Positions 29,595 to 39,374 of a DNA stretch of 64,000 nt are shown one piece after another. This DNA comes from Candidatus Latescibacterota bacterium. Its GTDB lineage: Bacteria; Latescibacterota; UBA2968; UBA8231. The stretch lies in the NCBI GenBank assembly GCA_965197905.1, contig CBDAOB010000004.1, forward strand, positions 1,568,001 to 1,632,000, written 5' to 3'. Position numbers and translations under genes: made by a program. Numbering within the stretch: position 1 is the first letter of the stretch; each line of letters starts with the position of its first letter. Under the pieces are notes generated by a model. It saw only the letters and a list, made by a program, of their open reading frames with translations, was not told the DNA's origin and did no database searches.

Positions 29595-30944
29595 TTACGC
29601 CGCGGTACAGCGATCAACGACGTCCATGATCTCGTCGACCATGTTCTCGCTGAGATCCTCACGCAACTGGTTCAACCTGTCGTGGTCGATATTGAGGGCC
29701 CGGAGTACGGAGTCGCTGTAGTCGCCCCGTTCGCCATGAGTGTATCCCAAACCCAGGTCCTTGCAGATCTGGTCACCTAGGTGGACCAGACTCACCAGCG
29801 GTCGTGGAAGGGGATCGGGATCGGAGTGGTTGGCCACGGCGCTCACCAGCTCCTGCGCCATGTTGGTCCGAATGAGCAGCAATTCGCCCACCTGTTCGTG
29901 GGTAGCGGTGTCGCCCATGCGGGTCTCGGCATCGCGGAAGGAGCCGGAGGACCCGTCCATTTGACCGAGCACCTTCTCGAAATAGTTCCAGAAGAAGAAT
30001 CCAAGTATGAGTTTGCCGATGTCGTGCAGAAGGGCGGCGATCCAGTAGTTGTCGCACTCCTCCCAATTGTCCACGTCAACCATCTGTTCCGCATAGATCC
30101 TGTCCACCAGCATCGCCGTACCCACCGAGTGCATCCAGAACCGTCGCAGGTCGAACTTGCTGTCTTCTGGTTTGACTAGGGTGTTGATGAGTTTAATCTG
30201 CAGGGCCATGCTGGCGATCTTCTTGCGTCCCAGCCGGACGATCGCCTCCCCCAACGTCCAGTCTCCTTTGTGCCCGGCACCGGCGAAAATCGGCGTGTTG
30301 ACGATCTGAATCAGCTTGTGAACGATGGATGAGTCGCTGAGCAGAACCTCCTCCAGCTCTTCGGCGGTAGACTCGGGATCGTTGAGCAGCTTCATGATGC
30401 GCAGAATGATTTCCGGCAGGGTTGGCAGGGTGTTCAGGTTTTTCAGCCGCCGCTGAACCCGCTGCTGCAAAACCCGGAAGGAGAGGTGCCGGGCCCCGTC
30501 GAACAATCCGGCGATGCCATTGCGCTCAAAGACTTCATCCACCATCTCCCGGAGGGAGTGTTCCCGCCCAGAGACGTGCTCCCAGGCAAAGACGAAGACG
30601 TTCTTGGCTTCTTTCGATAGGTCCTGGTGATGTCCCAGCAAGGCTTCGGGAACGAGGAGAAATACCGGAATCGAACCGCGAAGAGAGAGCGCCACCAGGC
30701 TGGTGGGTTTGCTGATCTTGTCATCCTGCACCACGAATACGCAGCGCACCTGCTTGGCGCGCTTCATCAGCACCGCACTGGCGTCGCCAATGCTGTCCAC
30801 CGTAGTGATGTTGAACCCGTAGAGATAACTCAACATCAGATTGAGGAATTTGAACACGGCCTCCTGCTGGTCGCCGGGCTGTTTGACGACCAGTGCGATC
30901 TCGTCGGAGGCAAGTTCTTTGCTCGTAACTTCCATCATAGCCAT
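29595..30944 (-). CDS. HDOD-domain signalling protein with an N-terminal degenerate receiver-like region
   Basis: LPTLPEI, KLIQIVN, AIVRLG, FWMHS, LLHDIGKL, HEQVG. Confidence 0.85.
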   Translation of the reverse strand: MAMMEVTSKELASDEIALVVKQPGDQQEAVFKFLNLMLSYLYGFNITTVDSIGDASAVLMKRAKQVRCVFVVQDDKISKPTSLVALSLRGSIPVFLLVPEALLGHHQDLSKEAKNVFVFAWEHVSGREHSLREMVDEVFERNGIAGLFDGARHLSFRVLQQRVQRRLKNLNTLPTLPEIILRIMKLLNDPESTAEELEEVLLSDSSIVHKLIQIVNTPIFAGAGHKGDWTLGEAIVRLGRKKIASMALQIKLINTLVKPEDSKFDLRRFWMHSVGTAMLVDRIYAEQMVDVDNWEECDNYWIAALLHDIGKLILGFFFWNYFEKVLGQMDGSSGSFRDAETRMGDTATHEQVGELLLIRTNMAQELVSAVANHSDPDPLPRPLVSLVHLGDQICKDLGLGYTHGERGDYSDSVLRALNIDHDRLNQLREDLSENMVDEIMDVVDRCTAA

Positions 30945-31056
30945 TACGTATTTATACTAGGTACAGTGAACCAATTATAGGTAAAAAACTGAACCAGACC
31001 AAAGAGTGGTCGGGGTGACGGGGCTCACATTGCGTTTCGCGTCCGGACGCGCCGGC

Positions 31057-32226
31057 CTAGAAGTTGGATGCCAGCTGACTCCCGAGCAGGTGCGCCGTCT
31101 TCGCCCCTTTGGGTCCTTGGCGGAAATTGAGCTGTAGAGTCGCTTTTAGCCTGAGGTTTCTGTTGAGGTAATAACCGAGTCCTGTTTCGAGACGTTGAAT
31201 GTCGTAGTCCCACGCGGCTTCGCTGCCGCTCCCATCATCGATCGAATCGTAGTCGATGCGTCCGTAGCGCAGGGCGGCGAAGATTCCCGGGCCCAGGGCA
31301 TATTTAGTTTCCACGTAACCACCCGTGCTTCCCAGACCCTCTTCCTCGAGGTTGGGCAGCTCCCAATAGTTGCGCGCCCATTCGGAATAGAATTCGAAGT
31401 GGCCTGCAGTGAATTCCACGTCGAAGCCGACAATGCGCTGGTTGTAGTCTTCCACGGTCCGACCGGCGGGGAAGTGGGCCCGGTGTTCGGCGCCCTTTTC
31501 GAGGTAGGGTCCATAGGCGCCCGAAAAACCCAGACGGAGTTCCATACTCGGTTGCCAACCTAGGCGCCCCACCAGCTGTCCCCCGTCGTTATCCTGCGCA
31601 TCGGGATTGGACAGAGCGCCCTTGGTGAGCGCCAGGGCGTAGCTGAAATGGGACAAGGAACCAAAGATCTGAACCCCGGTGTTCCAGCAGGCGTCGTAGA
31701 TCGTTGGTAGGCCTCTGCTGCGGTAGTTCGCGACGTCTCGCCGCGCCAGCTGGTCGGCGTTGTCGGCAGGTACGTCCCAGCCGCGGACGGCCGAGAAGTA
31801 CTGGTAGAGCGCTGGCACCCCGATGAGCGGATTTATCTCGGCAAAGGAACGCGTCGCGAAGGAACCGAACGCCGAGGGCATCTTGCCGACCAGGACATTG
31901 AGCTTTGCGGAATCCCGCACCTCGTTGATGACTACGTACGCCCCTTCCATCTCGAAGTGGCTCAAACCCTCGTCGAACAGGAATGTGGTAAAGACCTCGA
32001 CCCCTTCGGCGACCTCGGCGTCGGCGAAGATGCGCGCCCGCACCAGGCTATACGGACTTTGCCCCTTGATACTGGTGTTGATTTCGCTGCTGGGTTCACG
32101 CCGCTTTTTACCGAGTTCGATCTCGTGGGCGATGTCGAGGCTCCCGGAGAGGCTGATCTGCGGGCTCGCGGTCTGCGGACGGAGACCCACCACGGCCAGC
32201 GCCAGAACCAACCGTGCCCACGTCAT
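31057..32226 (-). CDS. Putative outer-membrane beta-barrel/porin
   Basis: Signal peptide, amphipathic aromatic beta strands, C-terminal Phe; ATGA overlap with the cyclase stop. Confidence 0.7.
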   Translation of the reverse strand: MTWARLVLALAVVGLRPQTASPQISLSGSLDIAHEIELGKKRREPSSEINTSIKGQSPYSLVRARIFADAEVAEGVEVFTTFLFDEGLSHFEMEGAYVVINEVRDSAKLNVLVGKMPSAFGSFATRSFAEINPLIGVPALYQYFSAVRGWDVPADNADQLARRDVANYRSRGLPTIYDACWNTGVQIFGSLSHFSYALALTKGALSNPDAQDNDGGQLVGRLGWQPSMELRLGFSGAYGPYLEKGAEHRAHFPAGRTVEDYNQRIVGFDVEFTAGHFEFYSEWARNYWELPNLEEEGLGSTGGYVETKYALGPGIFAALRYGRIDYDSIDDGSGSEAAWDYDIQRLETGLGYYLNRNLRLKATLQLNFRQGPKGAKTAHLLGSQLASNF

Positions 32227-33911
32227 GGGGCGTCTCCGGCCAGTGCGGCGATCTCCAACTCTTGCGAAACCCCCTTGAACGACATCTTCTTCACCGCGGC
32301 GACGTTGAACGGCACATCGGACCCTTCGATCAGCTCCTTGCGGATGAGGATCTCTCCTCCCGCGGCGGCGGCGCAGAGTCGTGCGCCCAGGTTCACCTCC
32401 GAACCGATCACCGTGTAGTCGAGACGGTTCTCCGCCCCCATATTGCCGAGGATCACCGGACCGTAGTTGATGCCGATGCCGATGTCGATGGGAGTGGGAT
32501 CGGTCTTGTGTTCTTGCTTCACTCGTCGTTGTATTTCCATGGAACAGCGAATTGCCCGCTCCACCGCCTGATCGCCGAAGAACAGCGCCACCATCTCGTC
32601 GCCGACGAACTTGTCGATAGAGCCCTCGAAATCGGGGACAATCTCAGCTTGGAAGCCCAGGTAACGATTCACTTTGTCGATAACCTCCTCCGGCGTCCGC
32701 TTTTCACTGAACGCGGTAAATCCGCGAATGTCGGTGAACAGCACCGCCAGCTCCTGGCGAGACCCACCCAGGGAGACCGGGGAACCCGAGGCTTTGCTGA
32801 TCATGTCGCGGGTGTGGGAACCGACGTACTTCATGAGTTGGAGGCGTTCGCGCAACCCCACGAGCATCTGATTGAAAGCATCCGTCAGGAGCCCAACCTC
32901 GTCGCGGGTGGTGGCTTCCACCTGAACCGAAAGATCCCCACCCCGGACCACGTTCATGCCCTCGACCAGACGCAGAATGGGTCGCGAAAGGGTGCGTCCC
33001 AATACCAGCGCCAACAGCACGGTGATGGCCAGACTGATGGCAGCGGTGAGATAGATATTGCGCTGCAACAGGTGCAGGACATTGAGCTCATAGTCCTTGG
33101 GAACGCTGGCGACGAAAAAAGCGGCTTCGCCGATGCCTAGCGGACTGATGAAAGCAAAGACCGTGCGACCTGCCAGCTCGGTTTCAAACGGATCGCTGGA
33201 GGTCAGTTCGCTGAGCACCGCGCTGACACCCGCGGGGTGTTTTTCCATGAAGTCTTCGATATCGTCCTGGGTCAGAGTGTCGATACTGGAGCCGATGAGT
33301 CGGCGGCCGCTGACGAAGCTCAGGTCGATCGAAGCGCTCCCCTTCAGCTGTTGGGCTTCGTAGTCCGCCATCATGGATCCGGCGGTGATGGTGCCGATGA
33401 TGGTGTCGGCCAAGTAGATCGGGACGGTTGCCACCTGGTAGAGTTCGTCGTCTACCGCCCACAGCTCTGGCATCTCCTCCACCTCGTCCCGAAACTCGCC
33501 GCGCAGTGCCCGCTGTACGCTGGGACGGTGGGTGAGGTCGTCTCCGTACATGTCCGGGTCTCCCAGGCGTGCTAGAACCCGGCCGCGACCGTCGGTTACG
33601 ATAAAGAGATCGAACTTGGCAAACTCTGAAAACTCCTCGACGATGTGGTTCACTGTGCCGGGATCGTTGACCTGTACGTTCCCCTTGAAAGTGCTATTCT
33701 CACCAATGAGGGTGGCGGACTCGATCAATCGATCGTAGCGCAGCGTCTGCTCCTTGGCAAAATTGCGCTGTGTCTGGCGCGAATCGCTGGCCACCTTCTT
33801 GAGGATCTCCGCTTCGAGCTTCTGGCTTATGGAGTAGAGAACCCCGAGAAGAACGGCGGTGCTGAGCCCGGCGAGCAGGATGAACAGTTTCTGCTGAATG
33901 CTAAAACGCAT
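32223..33911 (-). CDS. Membrane class III adenylate cyclase (TM, Cache-like periplasmic domain, TM, HAMP, cyclase)
   Basis: DEVGLLTDAFNQM (HAMP), FTDIRGFT, IDKFVGD, GIGINYG, LDYTVIG.EVNLGARL. Confidence 0.92.
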   Translation of the reverse strand: MRFSIQQKLFILLAGLSTAVLLGVLYSISQKLEAEILKKVASDSRQTQRNFAKEQTLRYDRLIESATLIGENSTFKGNVQVNDPGTVNHIVEEFSEFAKFDLFIVTDGRGRVLARLGDPDMYGDDLTHRPSVQRALRGEFRDEVEEMPELWAVDDELYQVATVPIYLADTIIGTITAGSMMADYEAQQLKGSASIDLSFVSGRRLIGSSIDTLTQDDIEDFMEKHPAGVSAVLSELTSSDPFETELAGRTVFAFISPLGIGEAAFFVASVPKDYELNVLHLLQRNIYLTAAISLAITVLLALVLGRTLSRPILRLVEGMNVVRGGDLSVQVEATTRDEVGLLTDAFNQMLVGLRERLQLMKYVGSHTRDMISKASGSPVSLGGSRQELAVLFTDIRGFTAFSEKRTPEEVIDKVNRYLGFQAEIVPDFEGSIDKFVGDEMVALFFGDQAVERAIRCSMEIQRRVKQEHKTDPTPIDIGIGINYGPVILGNMGAENRLDYTVIGSEVNLGARLCAAAAGGEILIRKELIEGSDVPFNVAAVKKMSFKGVSQELEIAALAGDAP

Positions 33912-33919
33912 CGGCTTCG

Positions 33920-34612
33920 TTAGTTGCCCAAAGAGAAATCTACGACCGTGCTGTCGCCCGCTGTCAGCTCGACGGCGCGGAGGGCCCCTTTGAGATCGGG
34001 GTGATACACCCGGATCTCATAACGCCCCGCGGGCAACTGCGGCATCGCAAAACGGCCGCCTGGATCGACCGCTACAAAATAAGGGGTGTCGAGGCTGAGG
34101 ATGGTGGCGTTCATCTGTGGGTGGATATCGCAGAACAGATCGATCTCTCCGGCGACCTCGATGGTCTCCTCCACGACGACGCCGGTCTTGCGGCGCCCGA
34201 TGTCAAATTTCGCCCCCTCCGTAAGGGTGAACACGTTGTGGAAAATCTTGTCGCGATTGATAAACTGGACCGCCGAGCCTTTGGTGATGGCGATGACCCG
34301 CGGTTTGAACGCCACGTCCTGCTGCTCCATCTGACCGGGATCCGCCAGCGGATGCACCGTCGCGGCGAAGAAAAGAGGATGGGCGGAAACAACCACGTCG
34401 GCAAAGGGCGAGACGGTCGCGGTCGCGGCGCTCGCCTTAGCGTCGGTCATGGAGGAACGCTGGCGGTAGCGGCTACCCCGGGAGATCCGCTTTTTCTTCG
34501 GGGCGGTTGGCGCCACTAGGATAACCGAACCGCTCAAGTGCGCCGGTTCTTTCGCAGCGACGAGGGACGGGCCCAGAAGGACGGTCAATAGGCAGAGGGT
34601 GGAAGGTCTCAT
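33920..34612 (-). CDS. Exported cupredoxin-like protein with a carboxypeptidase-regulatory-like C-terminal domain
   Basis: Signal peptide; F.P......G..V.F.N.D..FHNVF and FCDIHPQM (H, C, H, M ligands). Confidence 0.8.
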   Translation of the reverse strand: MRPSTLCLLTVLLGPSLVAAKEPAHLSGSVILVAPTAPKKKRISRGSRYRQRSSMTDAKASAATATVSPFADVVVSAHPLFFAATVHPLADPGQMEQQDVAFKPRVIAITKGSAVQFINRDKIFHNVFTLTEGAKFDIGRRKTGVVVEETIEVAGEIDLFCDIHPQMNATILSLDTPYFVAVDPGGRFAMPQLPAGRYEIRVYHPDLKGALRAVELTAGDSTVVDFSLGN

Positions 34613-34781
34613 GTCATCTTGATGGTGAGAATAGAATTGTATGCCGCGTGCTTCGGCTATGCAACCGGGCCGGGGTCGGGTTGAATTCCATACACCGCAG
34701 ATTGCACGCTGCATCTTCTTCTTTATATCTTTATAATTCACCCACCATTCCGTTCCCCGGTTCCCCGGTAGATAGATCTTA

Positions 34782-36959
34782 ATGGCAAGAATCCTGGTTG
34801 TCGAAGACGAGAGTATCGTGGCTCTGGATATACAGCATCGGCTTCACAAGCTGGGATACGAAGTGCCGACCCTGGTCGCGTCTGGGGAAGAAGCGCTCAC
34901 AGAGGTGACGGCGTCACCTCCGGACCTGGTCCTGATGGATGTGATGCTGGCTGGATCCCTGGACGGCGTCGAGACCGCTGAAATCATCCGCAACCAGTAC
35001 AACGTTCCCGTCGTATTTCTCACCGCCTATTCGGACGACAGTACTCTGCAGCGCGCCAAGGTTTCCGGTCCCCTTGGTTACATCCTCAAGCCGTTTAAGG
35101 AAAAGGAGTTACACTCCACCATCGAGGTCGTGCTCTACCGCCACGAGATCGAAGAGACACTCAAGAAGGCGCACGATGAGCTCGAACTAAGAGTACGCGA
35201 ACGGACCGCTGAGCTGGCGACGGTAAACGAGGAGCTGAAACGCGAGGTTCAAGAGCGCGAGCGTGCGGAACTGGCGCTGCAGCGCCGCTTCGCCCAGCTG
35301 CAGACCCTTTTTGAGCTGAGTAACTCCATCTCGCGGGCCAGTGGCGTGGAGGAAGTGTGCAGCGAGGTCCTGAACGCCCTGACCAGCAAACACCAGGGGA
35401 ACCGGGCAGCCGTCCGCCTGGTGGACGATGCCGGCATGATGCGCTTTCGCGCCTCGTCGAACCTGTCGGACTTCTACCAACAAGGGGTGGAGCAACGCAC
35501 CCCGTGGCCGTACGAGGCCAAAGACCCACAACCAGTCCTGCTAACCGAATCGGGCACCGGATCCTCGTCCCATCCGCTGCGCCAGGTGGACCTCGACGAA
35601 GGCATCCACTGTATCGCCTGCATCCCCTTGGTATACAGCGACCAACTGCTGGGAGAGCTCACCATCTATTACGACCAGGCTCACGAATTCGAGACCGAGG
35701 AGGTGCGTCTCTTCCAAACCATGGGCCGTCATATCGCCTTCGTGCTGGAGCGCAAGCGGGCCGAAGAGGAGAATGTGGAGCTGGAAACCCAGCTGCGCCG
35801 CTCGCAAAAGATGGAAGCACTCGGTCTCCTGGCCGGTGGCGTCGCTCACGATTTTAACAATATGCTCACCATCATCACCGGGTACAGCGAACTGGTGCTG
35901 AATTGTCTGGGTCCCGATGATCCGTTGTCGCGCGACATCAAATCCATTAAAGAAGCAGGCGAGCGCGCCGCCACGCTCACCAGTCACCTGCTCGCTTTCA
36001 GTCGCCGTCAGGTCCTGCAGTTCAAGGTGCTCGACCTCAACCGTGTCGTGCAGCGCACCGACCAGATGCTGCGCCGCATCATCGGCGAGGATGTGGAGTT
36101 GCGCTGTCAGCTCGACAGCGATCTTCGTTACGTAAAAGCCGACCCGGCACAGGTCGAGCAGGTGCTGTTGAATCTGGTCATCAACGCCCGTGATGCCATG
36201 CCCCGAGGTGGCAAGCTCACCATCGAAACCTCCAACGCCGAGCTCGACGAAGCATACGTCCGGATCCACGTCAACGTCACCCCGGGACGGTATGTCAGAC
36301 TGCGGGTGAGCGACACCGGTGAAGGCATGAGCGAAGACATTCTGTCGCGCATCTTCGAACCTTTTTTCACCACCAAACCAACCGGCAAGGGCACGGGTCT
36401 GGGGCTGTCAACGGTCTACGGGATTGTGCAGCAAACCAGCGGTCATGTCGACGTCTTCAGCCGCCCACGGGAAGGCACGAGGTTCGACATCTTTCTACCC
36501 CAGGCCGAAGGTACCCCCGAACCCGAAGGCGAGGTTCTGATCACGGAGGAAGCCTTGCGCGGGTCGGAGATCATTCTTCTGGTCGAGGACGAATCGGTCG
36601 TGCGCAAGCTGGCTTACCGCGTGCTGCGGGATCACGGGTACACCGTCTTGGAAGCTCGCAAAGGGGACGAAGCGTTGGTGTTGTCCGAACTCCACGAGGG
36701 GCCGATTCACCTGCTGCTGACCGACGTCGTAATGCCGGAGATGAGTGGACGGGAGGTGGCGCAGCAGCTGCTGCCGCTGCGGCCCGAAATCAAGGTGTTG
36801 TACATGTCGGGCTACACCGATGACACGGTCTTGAGGCACGGCGTCGAAGAGTCGGAGGTGCCGTTTTTGCAGAAGCCGTTTACTCCGGAGGTGCTGATGG
36901 CCAAGGTTCGCGAAGTGCTGAACCAGCACGCCAGTGACCGGGAACCGCACTCTTCCTGA
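34782..36959 (+). CDS. Hybrid sensor kinase REC-GAF-HisKA-HATPase-REC
   Basis: ILVVEDE/LMD, QKMEALG.LAGGVAHDFNN, NARDAM, DTGEG, EPFFTTK..GKGTGLGL, LLTDVVMP. Confidence 0.93.
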   Translation: MARILVVEDESIVALDIQHRLHKLGYEVPTLVASGEEALTEVTASPPDLVLMDVMLAGSLDGVETAEIIRNQYNVPVVFLTAYSDDSTLQRAKVSGPLGYILKPFKEKELHSTIEVVLYRHEIEETLKKAHDELELRVRERTAELATVNEELKREVQERERAELALQRRFAQLQTLFELSNSISRASGVEEVCSEVLNALTSKHQGNRAAVRLVDDAGMMRFRASSNLSDFYQQGVEQRTPWPYEAKDPQPVLLTESGTGSSSHPLRQVDLDEGIHCIACIPLVYSDQLLGELTIYYDQAHEFETEEVRLFQTMGRHIAFVLERKRAEEENVELETQLRRSQKMEALGLLAGGVAHDFNNMLTIITGYSELVLNCLGPDDPLSRDIKSIKEAGERAATLTSHLLAFSRRQVLQFKVLDLNRVVQRTDQMLRRIIGEDVELRCQLDSDLRYVKADPAQVEQVLLNLVINARDAMPRGGKLTIETSNAELDEAYVRIHVNVTPGRYVRLRVSDTGEGMSEDILSRIFEPFFTTKPTGKGTGLGLSTVYGIVQQTSGHVDVFSRPREGTRFDIFLPQAEGTPEPEGEVLITEEALRGSEIILLVEDESVVRKLAYRVLRDHGYTVLEARKGDEALVLSELHEGPIHLLLTDVVMPEMSGREVAQQLLPLRPEIKVLYMSGYTDDTVLRHGVEESEVPFLQKPFTPEVLMAKVREVLNQHASDREPHSS

Positions 36960-36974
36960 CGGCATTGACGACGC

Positions 36975-38912
36975 GTGGACGTAGACCAGTTCCTAAAGGA
37001 CGTAGACATCGCGGAGTTGCTGGCATCCTACGACGAAGCCGCGCGGGAGCTATTAAACGTGGCGGCGTTGGATGGGCACTTTGATGGGTGGTCGCCAAAC
37101 GACCTGGTGTGGCCGCAAAGCACCGGAATCGATGTCGGCGGCCTCGAGCGCCGCCGCACTCTGATTTCGCACATCTACGACGGCATACCGAGCCGTCGCG
37201 ATCACCGCCTTCACGAATCCTACCTCAGGTTCGCCGCTCTCGTCGAACCTTACCACGAAGCCAACCGCAACTATCTGGATGTCCTCGAACAGTTCGAGCA
37301 ACAGGGCGCCGGTTCCGCCGCCGAGTTCCTGCAGCTCTACCAGGTGGTCTACCTGGAAGCGTTGGGCCGTGACGAGCCCTACTGCCTGGACGCGGGCGAG
37401 GCGGCCCTGGTCAACCTCAAGGTTGCGCGGGTGCCGCTGTCTCACGCCCAGGGGGTGGCAGGCAAGCTGAAGGAATCCACGGAGACCACTGACCCTCGTT
37501 GGGAAGGGGAGTACTGTCACCTCGTCGACGGCCAGAAAGTGGATGCCTCGCTCCGGAGTATCCTCTCACAAATTGCCGACCGAGTGGTCGATTTCATGGC
37601 GGCGGGTGAGCATCTGGCCATTCGCTACAACACCTTCAGCAACTTCATCTGGTTCGGCATATCCATTTGGAAGTCGGTTTCTGAAATCGAATACCTGACG
37701 GCGCGCCTGGAGGGGCACCTAAGACCCCAGTGGCACGAGAAGATGGTGAAGTACGTGCGGCTGGCGCAGGGCCTGTTGTTGAAGTTCCTGCAAGCGCACT
37801 CGGAGGATCCCGCGCAGATAAGACCCAAGGACTACTGGTACGGTCAGGAGTACAGTTACCTGACGCGGGACATGATCGACCTGACGCTAAAGCTGATCGA
37901 GGGCGCTAACGCGTTGCGAAGAAGGGCGCGAGGATCGAACCTCGAACTCGACGAGATCGAAGTGCCGGTGTTATTGCGCAACCAGTTCTCCGGTCGCTTC
38001 GTCGAGTACCGCCACGTCGGCCGACAGCGCAGCATCGGGTCGTGGCGGCGCCGCGGCCGCCTGCTGCGCTGGGCCGCATTGACCCGACGAAATGCCCGGG
38101 GGTCCCTGGGGCTGGAGGCGGCCAACCTGGCGGAGCCGGAACGGCTTCAGGCTGCCTGGAAGATGAGTCTGGAGTGGGGACGCAAGACCCTTGAACTTTT
38201 CGAGATCGAAGTCGACGTGTCGGTGGACCCTCGTTTCGAGGCGCTGGCGAAAGCGCTGCATCTGGGTCGGGACCACCGCAAGGTCGTCTTCTTTCCGACC
38301 CATCAGAGCGTTCTGGACCACCCCGTCATGTATTCGGTGATGCAGTCGTCCCAGTTGCTCAAGGCCATGGGCTGGGAGCAACCGCGGCCGTGCGCACTGT
38401 TGGCGCGGGCCGGTCTAACCTCCCCTGCCACCCTCCTTCGCGTGGGGTCGAAGGAGCTCTCGCTCCTAGGAATCGGGGCCGATACGGCCGATCATCTGCT
38501 TGAGCAGGTTCACGGGTACGTGATCCTGCGGCGCAACGGAGACACCGGCAATCCGACGCGGGAGTTCGCCAAACTCCTGGAAAAACGCCCCGGGGTGGTG
38601 TACGGGGCCGGCACGACCTCCGCCTTCGAGCTCCAGTGCCTGCCCATTCAGCATGCTCTCTTTGCGCAGCTGCCTTCCGACACCCTGTTCATCCCGGTGA
38701 TCTTTCGCGGCATACACGGCCTGTGGCCCAAATGTCCTGCCGGCAATCTGAATATTTCTCCCGGCAAGGTGGAGGTAATCGTCTGTCCGCCCATGCTGGG
38801 CGAAACAACCCTCTTGCCGCGAAAACGTTCCCTGCGCACGCAGCTCGAGCCGGCTACCCTCTTTCAAGCGGTCCATATCGCCAACCTGCTCAACCCCGAC
38901 CTGCCGGAATAG
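36975..38912 (+). CDS. Unknown N-terminal domain fused to a PlsC-like lysophospholipid acyltransferase domain
   Basis: FFPTHQSVLD (HX4D), FIPV...G...WPK..PGKVEV in the C-terminal third. Confidence 0.65.
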   Translation: MDVDQFLKDVDIAELLASYDEAARELLNVAALDGHFDGWSPNDLVWPQSTGIDVGGLERRRTLISHIYDGIPSRRDHRLHESYLRFAALVEPYHEANRNYLDVLEQFEQQGAGSAAEFLQLYQVVYLEALGRDEPYCLDAGEAALVNLKVARVPLSHAQGVAGKLKESTETTDPRWEGEYCHLVDGQKVDASLRSILSQIADRVVDFMAAGEHLAIRYNTFSNFIWFGISIWKSVSEIEYLTARLEGHLRPQWHEKMVKYVRLAQGLLLKFLQAHSEDPAQIRPKDYWYGQEYSYLTRDMIDLTLKLIEGANALRRRARGSNLELDEIEVPVLLRNQFSGRFVEYRHVGRQRSIGSWRRRGRLLRWAALTRRNARGSLGLEAANLAEPERLQAAWKMSLEWGRKTLELFEIEVDVSVDPRFEALAKALHLGRDHRKVVFFPTHQSVLDHPVMYSVMQSSQLLKAMGWEQPRPCALLARAGLTSPATLLRVGSKELSLLGIGADTADHLLEQVHGYVILRRNGDTGNPTREFAKLLEKRPGVVYGAGTTSAFELQCLPIQHALFAQLPSDTLFIPVIFRGIHGLWPKCPAGNLNISPGKVEVIVCPPMLGETTLLPRKRSLRTQLEPATLFQAVHIANLLNPDLPE

Positions 38913-39074
38913 ACATCTCGCCGCTCTGGCAGGTTTGTGAACGAAATTTCGTCAATTGTGGCACTAAATGCTGTCGTCATGGCAAAATAGGAGAGCGGGA
39001 CCCGCTGATGTTGACCGGCGGTAACTCCTTGTCCAGACGTGACTACCAATCGTTTCGGCCGATTTTAACTGTTG

Positions 39075-39090
39075 TTGGCACGGAATTTGT
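39075..39090 (+). promoter_or_regulatory. Putative sigma54 (-24/-12) promoter
   Basis: TTGGCACGGAATTTGT versus consensus TGGCACG-N4-TTGC (one mismatch at the conserved C), ~40 nt upstream of ATG 39129. Confidence 0.4.
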
Positions 39091-39128
39091 CGTAATGTGG
39101 GCAACACTCAGACAGCATAGGTGGTCAC

Positions 39129-39356
39129 ATGGAACAATTTCTGCAGCACGAGACGGCTGTTGTGCCGACCGACATCACCGTTATCGAAGACGCGGCGATG
39201 ATAACTCAGGACGAGAATGGAAACACCCTGGCGAGTTACAAGTTCGTCGACCGCTACACCATACGCGCCCATCCCCTGATCGTCGATGCCCTGCTCGAAG
39301 ACGAAGAGACCGAGCAGGTTTGGACCATGAATCAGATCTTGAGTAGCCTCGAGTAG
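39129..39356 (+). CDS. Small acidic hypothetical protein
   Basis: 75 aa ORF with AGGTGG RBS, coding-like codon use, fills the intergenic gap. Confidence 0.6.
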   Translation: MEQFLQHETAVVPTDITVIEDAAMITQDENGNTLASYKFVDRYTIRAHPLIVDALLEDEETEQVWTMNQILSSLE

Positions 39357-39374
39357 ATTCCCGCCAACTCCATA

